This document shows, in pieces, positions 36,838-44,806 of a DNA stretch of 44,806 bases. A program made the position numbers and the translations under genes. The notes below the pieces were generated by a model. The model searched no databases. It worked only from the letters and a program-made list of their open reading frames with translations, and was not told the origin of the DNA. Every line of letters begins with the position of its first letter. Within the stretch, counting starts at the first letter, position 1. This DNA is from Octopus sinensis (lineage: Eukaryota). The stretch covers positions 1-44,806 of the forward strand of contig NW_021835121.1 in the NCBI RefSeq assembly GCF_006345805.1. Direction: 5' to 3'.

Positions 36838-37260
36838 CAATATTATTTTTATCTTCTTTCTTCAAATTTTCCATTTCTCGCCGGGTGTTTTCCGTACACC
36901 TAGGGCAAAGAAGCTCATTGTATGCATTTCCAGATTACACACACACATTCACAGGTAAAATATGTATTTACAAAAAAAAAATTAATAAATGAATAAATTC
37001 ATGAATGGATGTTGTTTTCGCAGCGATAATGCTCTTCTCAGTACATGAGTCGTTCCAGTTAATACGATTTTTTGCACTTCCTGTAGGGATGGTAAGCCTG
37101 GTATCATTTTCAAATAGGTTTCAATACCTTTTTTTTTTATCATTCCTAGAGATCCTACAATCACTGATACTGTAGCCGCCTTGAGATGCCACATTTAAAA
37201 AATTTCCATTAGCAAGTCTTTATATTTACTGATCTTGTCAAATTCTTTCACCGCTATATT
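36838..37260 (-). mobile_element. R4/Dong-like LINE 3' fragment 2, flanked by (TAA)n
   Basis: NIAVKEFDKISKYKDLLMEI..MWHLK..VIVGSLGMIKK..LQEVQKIVLTGTTHVLRRALS; (TAA)n on both sides on the minus strand. Confidence 0.8.
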
Positions 37261-37294
37261 GTTATTATTATTATTACTATTATTATTATTATTA

Positions 37295-37334
<40 letters not shown>

Positions 37335-37404
37335 GTTATTGTTGTTGTTGTTGTTGTTGTTCTTGTCGTTGTCATTGTTGTTGTTGATATTGTTATTATT
37401 ATTA

Positions 37405-37453
<49 letters not shown>

Positions 37454-37454
37454 T

Positions 37455-37488
<34 letters not shown>

Positions 37489-37556
37489 TAATAATAATAA
37501 TAATAATTATTATTATTATTATTATTTTATTATCATCATCATTATTATTATTATTG
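37260..37556. repeat. (TTA)n-(TTG)n-(TTA)n-(TAA)n-(TTA)n array
   Basis: Direct inspection. Confidence 0.95.
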
Positions 37557-38299
37557 GGAAGCAACACAGTATGAAACAGAAGTACCGAAGTACTTATATA
37601 TAAGAATGTAACCGTATGCACACTTATACTTTCGTTGTGAAAAGGGATGGGGAAGCTGTTGTGCATAAAAATATATACACTCATTCGGTGTAAGGGTTAC
37701 GTTTACGGGACGTATGCCTGAGAGACAGAGAGAGAGAGGGGGAAGAAAAGAGGGAGAGAGAGGGAGGGAGAGAGATGTTCTCAGTCTCACGCTGATTCAA
37801 TGACAACATAGTGTCGTTAATCGAATTATTCAATATCCATCGTCGACAACGACGTAGATCCTTTATTTACGATGCTCGTGCGCATGTCTTTGGGAGAATG
37901 AGTAAAAGTGATCGATGACTTAATTAGAACACTTGTAAAATGATTGAGTATTGCGTATTGTGTGTGTGTGTGTGTGTATCTGTAAGTATGAGTGTTTGCA
38001 CGCGTAGTTGTGTGTGTATATAAGAATTTGTGTGTATGGGTGTGTATGTGTGTGCATCTTATTTATGCGTATGAGTGCGTAGATGCTTGTAAGGGAATGA
38101 ATGTGTGTGAGTGTGTGTGTATGTAAGCGCGCGCGTGTGTGTGTGTATGTGTGTGTGTGTGAGTGTGTATGTAAATTCTTCATGCCATTCGGCGTCTCTC
38201 TGTACTTTATATTCATGGAGCAAATGTATGCATGTTCTATGCGTATATGTGAGTCTGTATCAGTTATATACATGTGAGTGATTGCTGCATGCACGTGCA

Positions 38300-38330
<31 letters not shown>

Positions 38331-38629
38331 GTGTGTGTGTGTGTGTAGCTGTGTATGACTCTGCACTCGCGTGTGTACGTGTATGTCAGCACGTGTGTGA
38401 TTTTGTGCTGGCGCGTGCACGTGCCTGATAAAGTTGTGCAATTGTTGGGATTTATGCGTACAAATGAACATGCCTCATTGTGTATGCATGTATAAAATCA
38501 TGTATGTATAATTATATGTATATGTCAGCACGAACGTATACTCATATAAATGTATAGATTTATGTATACACATATATAAGCAGCTATAAGTATATAGATG
38601 TGAATGTGCGTGTTTATACATACAAAACA

Positions 38630-38660
38630 TAGATGCATATATACGAATGTATGTATGCAT

Positions 38661-38699
<39 letters not shown>

Positions 38700-38712
38700 C
38701 ATACATATGCGT

Positions 38713-38762
<50 letters not shown>

Positions 38763-38765
38763 CTA

Positions 38766-38802
<37 letters not shown>

Positions 38803-38815
38803 GTCTATCTATCTG

Positions 38816-38852
<37 letters not shown>

Positions 38853-38904
38853 ATATATATAAATACATATATATACATACATACATACACACACACACGC
38901 ACAC

Positions 38905-38950
<46 letters not shown>
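38630..38950. repeat. Compound (CA)/(TA)/(CTAT) microsatellite
   Basis: Direct inspection. Confidence 0.9.
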
Positions 38951-39339
38951 ACCCACACATATACATGCATTCAAACACGAATCAATATGTATGTCCAAAT
39001 GCATGTGAATGTGTGTGTGTGTGTGTGTATGTGCGTGCGTGCATGATCGTATGAATGTATAAATAGCCAAGCTCGTCTGCACGTATGTACGCATGCCTGT
39101 ATCCAGCTCGTCTGTACTGAGACACCTAATTGTAATTGCTTTAATTATTAAATCAATCAACTAAAATAAATCAATTATAGTTTCTGTGGTTTCTAATTAG
39201 GTTGAAGTCTGTTGTATTTGGGGGCGGATCAGAGATGCAATAACTTTACACAGCTGGCAAAGCCAAGGTGCGGGTGCACGTCTGCGTGCGCGTGTATGAG
39301 TGTTAATGTGTGTTAATGCGTGTGTGTGTGTGTGTGTGT

Positions 39340-39627
39340 GGAGGCGCAATGGCCCGGTGGTTAGGGCAACGGACTCGCGGTCGTAGAATAGCGGTTTTGA
39401 TTCCCAGACCGGGCGTTGCGAGTGTTTATTGAGCCAAAACACCTAAAGCTCCACGAGGTTCCGGCAGGGGGTTGTGGCGATCTCTGCTGTACTCTATCGC
39501 CACAAGTTTCTCTCACTCTTACTTCTGTTGGCCTGCTCGCTTAGCCTGCGGGGTGGCGTCATTTGAAGGCTAAAACATTGTGACCAGCGATGTGTAGCAA
39601 CATCTGATAGCCTGGTCGGTCACGGTG
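39340..39627 (+). mobile_element. tRNA-derived SINE family D
   Basis: GGAGGCGCAATGGCCCGGTGGTTAGGGC (A-box), GGTTTTGATTCCC (B-box), ends GGTCGGTCACGGTGA plus (TA)n. Confidence 0.75.
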
Positions 39628-39636
39628 ATATATATA

Positions 39637-39675
<39 letters not shown>

Positions 39676-39690
39676 GTGTGTGTGTGTGTG

Positions 39691-39723
<33 letters not shown>

Positions 39724-39842
39724 ATATATATATATACACATATATATAATATATATATGTATATACATATATATTTATATATACAAGCACATATATATAT
39801 GGGTGGGGTGTATTGCTGACGTCATAGAGTAATCTAAAGAAT

Positions 39843-39912
39843 TGCTTTGGTCCAGTGATAGAACGTCTGTCATGCTTACAGAAGACATAGGTTCGAGACC
39901 CACGGGTCGTCT
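39843..39912 (+). pseudogene. tRNA-Ala(TGC)-like decayed sequence / SINE head
   Basis: A-box TGGTCCAGTG (39848), anticodon stem TCTGT/ACAGA around CATGCTT, B-box GGTTCGAGACC (39890-39900); acceptor stem does not pair. Confidence 0.5.
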
Positions 39913-40382
39913 TCGCTTTCCTCTATTCAAATGGCTTTTGATTCAATATTTACATGCTATTACTTTTTTCCCGTAATTGCTTCGGGTTTCAAAGTTCCCG
40001 TATAGGTGAAGACTAGCTCACACCTTGCTGCCCCTCTCATGTGGAGCGTATAGATTAAGAGTCGAGTTGTTTGTGACCCAGCGATACCTGCTGATGAAAC
40101 GGAAGAATTTCCAGCATTGTAATGGATTTAGAAGAGCTTTCGAAACTGCTGAGTACTTCCTACATGTTCTCTGTGGAGGAAAAACATCTTTGATGTTCGA
40201 AAAAAAAAGTTTGTTTTCAATGTTTTTGTTTTTTATGTTCTCGTTTTTCATTTTGTTCACGTTGTTTTTTGACGTCCTGTACCCATATATGCATGTAAAT
40301 ATACATATATATCCAAGTATGCACATATATGTATGTATATATGCACATATACATATATTATTTATATTATATTATATTATAT

Positions 40383-40425
<43 letters not shown>

Positions 40426-40426
<1 letters not shown>

Positions 40427-40505
40427 CGGGAAGCTTTATGAAATTAGACAAAAGACGAAGGCAGGTGGGAAACAAACAAACAATTGTATTAGTATGGCGC
40501 TCAGG

Positions 40506-40506
<1 letters not shown>
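40426..40506 (-). mobile_element. Family 4 tail-only fragment between (TA)n tracts
   Basis: ACAAAAGACGAAGGCAGGTGG..AAACAA.TGTATTAGTAT.GCGCTCAGGAA near-identical to 44142-44200. Confidence 0.75.
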
Positions 40507-40575
<69 letters not shown>

Positions 40576-40593
40576 TATATATATAATATATAT

Positions 40594-40637
<44 letters not shown>

Positions 40638-42006
40638 ATATAATATAAATAATATATGTATACGTATATATCAGTGTTTTGTGTACCTCTAGTAGAGATG
40701 TATGTATATATGGTTGTATGTGCGTAAGTGTATATACTTACTCCTTTAGAACTTGATCGTGCTGTAGCTATCACTGGTTGCTTCATTCTGTAAAACCGCC
40801 TATATAGTTGAATATTCTGTCTTTTGTCTCGTTTTTGTTATAACCAAGGTTACCGGATTTCATTCTGTTTCTCAGCACACATGGTCGTAATGGTAATAGT
40901 TTTCTTACGGTTGTTCTTGAAATTGTTAGTGACGGTGGAAGCATTATTACTGTAATGCTGGAATTTGTGGTATTTGTGGTACTGGTGATGGACCATCGAA
41001 TCGTTTGATGATGTTCTGTTTTAATTCTTGTAATTCGCTAATGATTGATCTTCTATGTTAGTGAGAAATATATTAAGATTTCTTTTTTTGAAAGTCTCAC
41101 CGGAAGCTTTGGTCATGTTTGGTAATTCTTTTTGAAAACAGTTTTTCTAATGCGGAGACTTAAATGACAAACTCCTGCAAAACAGGTTCCTGATACGTAT
41201 GTAAATATATGTGTACGTATATACACACACACACACACACATACACGCACACACACACACACACACGCACACACATGCACACGCACACACACGCACACAC
41301 ACGCACACACACACATGCACACACACACACACACACACATATATGTAAGCATAACAGATATATGTTTATATTTGTTTACATTTATGTATGAAAGTTGCGA
41401 AATGGCAGAAGCGTTAGCAAGTTGGACAACATTCTTGGCGTTATTTTCGCATTTAAAATTTTTTTCCGGGACGTCCTACGTCCCAGATATAAAGGTAAAC
41501 ATAAAATATTTCCACTTTGCAAGTTCGAGTCGAGTACTCCCTTGCATGCTCCGTTGACTCGAACCTTGCTTCTATTGTGGCGAAATTTCCGCCTCTGATT
41601 AGATACCTTTCATAGTCGCACCAAGACACTTTTCGATGGTGCTTTCCTCCAGGTGTTCAAATCTTCTTTTTTCTATACATTGTATACTTTATAGACAATA
41701 GTCTTTTCTTTAATTTAATTTTTTATTATCCATCTGGACTATTCCATTTCTGCACGCTAATTTTATTTTTAATTTATTCCCATTCATGTGAAACCACTTA
41801 TTCAAGTTCAAATCATTGATGTAATGTTATACCAATTGCTATTTTTACTTTTGTTATGTTACGATTATATCATACTTTAGTTTGATTTTAATTATTACTT
41901 ACTACATATAATTCAATTGTTATTATTATTTTTATTGTTAAAGTGAAAGTATCTGACATAAAATAGAGAAATGTTTTTGTTTCACTTTTAACCCGTAATA
42001 CTGAAA

Positions 42007-42341
42007 TAGTGGAGAAGATATGATATTGCTATGGGCTCGCTCTAGGCAAGAAGTTGAGCATTTTTTTGCCCATGCAACTACATGGACCCTAAGTAAGGCA
42101 TGTGTAAAATTTGAATGGAATTGGTTGTGTAGTTCTCAAGTTTTAGGGAATTGTAGTGGAGAAGATATGATATTGCTGTGGGCTCGCCCTAGGCAAAAAG
42201 TTAAAAGTTTTTTTTGCCGATGACACTCCCCGGACTCTAAGTAAGGCATGTGTAAAATTTGAATGAAATTGGTTGTGTAGTTCTCAAGTTTTAGGGAAAC
42301 ACACAGACAGACACACATTCTCAGTTTTATATATATGAAGA
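42007..42341 (-). mobile_element. Helitron-like non-autonomous 5' end with 147-bp tandem duplication
   Basis: Minus strand A|TCTTCATATATATAAAACTGAGAATGTGTGTCTGTCTG start; 42007-42150 repeated at 42154-42298; 3' CTAG end not found. Confidence 0.5.
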
Positions 42342-42619
42342 TTTCGTTTCCTACTTTTGTGGTTCCGGTATTAGGGCTGCTCTGTATATAAAAATACTCT
42401 ATTTTTGAAGTCGCTCTTTTGTAAAGCTCTATAGTGACAACAAGTCACACGATTCATTGATTTTAAAAACTAGAAGCTGGATATATTTTGACTAATACTA
42501 TCAACTTAGTTTCTTAGGCATGCTGGGTTGTCTGGTTTATCTCATCATACCTTCAGTTTCAGGCTTACTGTATCTTCTGTAATTACTAATACTTTAAACT
42601 AGAGTTATGTTTAAACATT

Positions 42620-43140
42620 TCATCATATTTTCTCCTGTCATCTTTCAAGTTAACTCTTTGAATAAATTGATAAACTCTTTTCTAACAGCATCCACAGCGT
42701 GACCATTCAAAACCCGGTAAACGAATGGTTCCTCATCCCTGTAAATACCGAATTCTGCATAGCAATATTTCTTCCGAAGTAAGTCTATTATGAACAATCC
42801 AATGCATTCATTAACTTCAGATACACCACACAGTCCCATGGTTGTATCGAACACTTCTTAGCATTTCCTCCTCACCACGTAAGGAACTTCACCCATAAAC
42901 CTCTACGGAATGAAAAGAAACATATTTCTTGTGTGCATAATAATATTAATATTAGTGTCACTAAACTCATCAATCGGAAAATACTTTTAGCGAATTCTAA
43001 TGATTTTTCAAGAAGGGATTTAATTATAAACCGATAGAACTCTAATATTTTGAGCTGCATAAATTTACAAAGGTGTTTATTGTATATGTTATTGAATCAC
43101 TTGATAACTGTTAAATGACTATTCTACTAAATCTTACACC
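42620..43140 (-). pseudogene. Penelope-like RT core remnant (FDVTMG / GLYRDD type)
   Basis: FNNIYNK, LKILEFYRFI..LLEKSLEFAK, FDTTMGLCGVSEVNECIGLFII, FGIYRDEE, RKEFINLFKE in the expected order. Confidence 0.75.
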
Positions 43141-43529
43141 ATGATGGAAGATAAGTGGTTTCAATTCAAAAGTATGGGATCTATATTTTTATTTATTTTA
43201 CTTGTCTCACATTTTAATTGAAAATCATTAAAAAGAGATACAAAATAAAACAACTCTATAAAGGAGTAAATAGATACTGGAATAATGGATAGCGAGCTAA
43301 CATGAAGAAGATCGATGAGTCAGGGTGCGAATCTGCTTGGTTGCCATTTTGCGTAACGAGAGAATTAGATGAAGCTTCGAAGTGACATAGAACAACAGCG
43401 ACGACGACGACGATGACGACATCAACAACAACAAGAAAAAGGACAGCAACAATAACACGTAAATCATCAGTTTCCATAGCGGCAACACAATAATCTCACC
43501 AAATCCACCACCGAAGTCATCGAAATATG

Positions 43530-44121
43530 ACAGTAGGCGAGCGCGCGGGCCAGAACTCGAAACCATGGTAGATGAATATCCGAATGACATAATCTTTAAT
43601 GATGTGTTTTTAATTGTTTAATTCTCTAACCGTTCGCTCGCCTACTATTGTCTTTGTCACATCTCGATGATTTCAGTGGTGGATTTGCGATTTTGACTCC
43701 TATCTCTAAACAGGCTGATGCCTTGAGCGTCCTTAAGCTTAGTAGGAATTTTTCATTTTAATGTATAGTTATATAATGCCATCTAAAAACCCGGAACCAC
43801 CTACATTATCATTGTTATTGTTATCAATTACATATTTTCACCAGAGATAATATTAACAATGATAATATCTTTCTTCGAGTGTTTACATTCGAATGTTACC
43901 CATAAATATATTTGCACCGAAGCAGGCTAGTTTTGGCGCTAAACAAGTCAGAACGTTGATCGATGTTCAACGTGACGGATTTACAATTTTTCACCGGTGA
44001 CTCATGCTGATGAAGATTGAGACTCGTGGGCTAGAACTCGAAACCATGGAATATGAATATCCGAATGACATAATCTTTAATGGTGTGTTTTTAATTGTTT
44101 AATTCTCTGACCGTTCGCTCC
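43530..44121 (+). mobile_element. HHR-bearing tandem element, 481-nt monomer (family 5)
   Basis: 43547-43639 repeated at 44028-44120; HHR halves in both copies; short inverted piece at the 5' junction; ends in ATATATA. Confidence 0.7.
44002..44056 (+). ncRNA. Type I hammerhead, family 5 (U16.1 changed in this copy)
   Basis: UCAUG-CUGAUGA-A-GAUU..AACUC-GAAA-C(CAUG)G-AA-UAUGA. The sister copy at 43559-43570 keeps GAAAC-CAUG-GUA (palindrome ACCAUGGU) but lacks the core. Confidence 0.55.
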
Positions 44122-44131
44122 CCATATATAT

Positions 44132-44345
44132 ACGAAAATAAACAAAAGACGAAGGCAGGTGGAGTACAAATAAACAAATGTATTAGTATAGCGCTCAGGA
44201 ATAGAAATAGAAAAAGTCTTTTACGTTTCGAGCCTACGTTCTTCGACAGAAAGATACACAGAAAAGCAACAAGGAGAGAAACAAGGAGAGAAAAAAATGC
44301 GTGTAGGAGCTAACGATCTATCATGGCGTCCAGACTTCGGACAGT
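44132..44345 (-). mobile_element. About 210-bp HHR-like repeat, family 4
   Basis: Homologous to 20303-20488; TA tracts at both ends. Confidence 0.7.
44217..44254 (-). ncRNA. Variant minimal hammerhead (CUGUCGA core)
   Basis: UCUUU-CUGUCGA-A-GAAC(GUAG)GCUC-GAAA-C-GUA-AAAGA; 5-bp stem I, palindromic ACGU stem III. Confidence 0.55.
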
Positions 44346-44637
44346 ATATATATACATATATACATATATATATATATGTATATATATATATATTTATTTA
44401 TATATATATATACATATACATATACATATATGTATATGTATATATGTTCTATGTTGACTGATGATATAGTATGGAAGGATTTTTGAAGTCCAATGGTACC
44501 CTACACACATATTTGATTATGAAGATTTACAAACATACTTTCTCAGTGAAACTCAGTATACCCACCATTATAGATAATACCAAATGTACACTTTAGGATT
44601 TTTCATAATTTCATAATATGATGGCATAGCAATTGCA

Positions 44638-44731
44638 TGCGGATGAAGAGAGCTTTAAACCATCTGTTATGTCGATTACACATTGATGTAAGAATAGGTT
44701 GTTGTATAAAGCTTGAAACACGTGTACCGCG
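44638..44731 (+). ncRNA. Type I hammerhead with long stem II, C3A change (family 6)
   Basis: Stem I UGCGG/CCGCG, core AUGAAGA 44643-44649, stem II GAGCUUU/AAAGCUU, GAAA 44715-44718, stem III palindrome ACACGUGU, GUA 44724-44726. Confidence 0.65.
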
Positions 44732-44806
44732 ACATCTTTTGTATTCTGTTTTTTATTTCATTTTATACATATATATGTATGTATACATATATATATATAT
44801 ATTTAT

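Noticed and set aside
39340-39912. Functional tRNA genes
   Set aside because: Acceptor stems and anticodon loops are broken; these are SINE heads or relics
40165-40210. CUGUGGAG..AACAUC(UUU)GAUGUU-C-GAAA as a second HHR
   Set aside because: Followed by poly-A with no stem III, NUH or stem I

Overview
AT-rich, microsatellite-saturated animal DNA. The tRNA-derived SINE families match, from recall rather than a database search, the abundant SINEs of Octopus, so this is probably octopus intergenic or intronic sequence. No host protein-coding gene is recognisable, and nearly all ORFs in the track are translated microsatellites. The window holds many mobile-element relics: a full-length mariner with two premature stops, a Merlin with TIRs and an 8-bp TSD, an internally deleted Helitron with both termini, fragments of Tx1, RTE, RTE-X and R4/Dong LINEs, two decayed Penelope-like (PLE) reverse transcriptases, and about 20 SINE pieces. 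The most striking signal is a set of type I hammerhead ribozyme (HHR) motifs that could be folded by eye. One is fully canonical (503-600), five have one or two core or stem changes, and several more are decayed. They belong to at least 6 apparently unrelated short non-coding repeat families. These families end in (TA)n tracts, and two show tandem monomers (about 599 and 481 nt) with 5' inverted junctions. This fits a diverse PLE pseudo-LTR / retrozyme system, but no cleavage or expression is demonstrated here.
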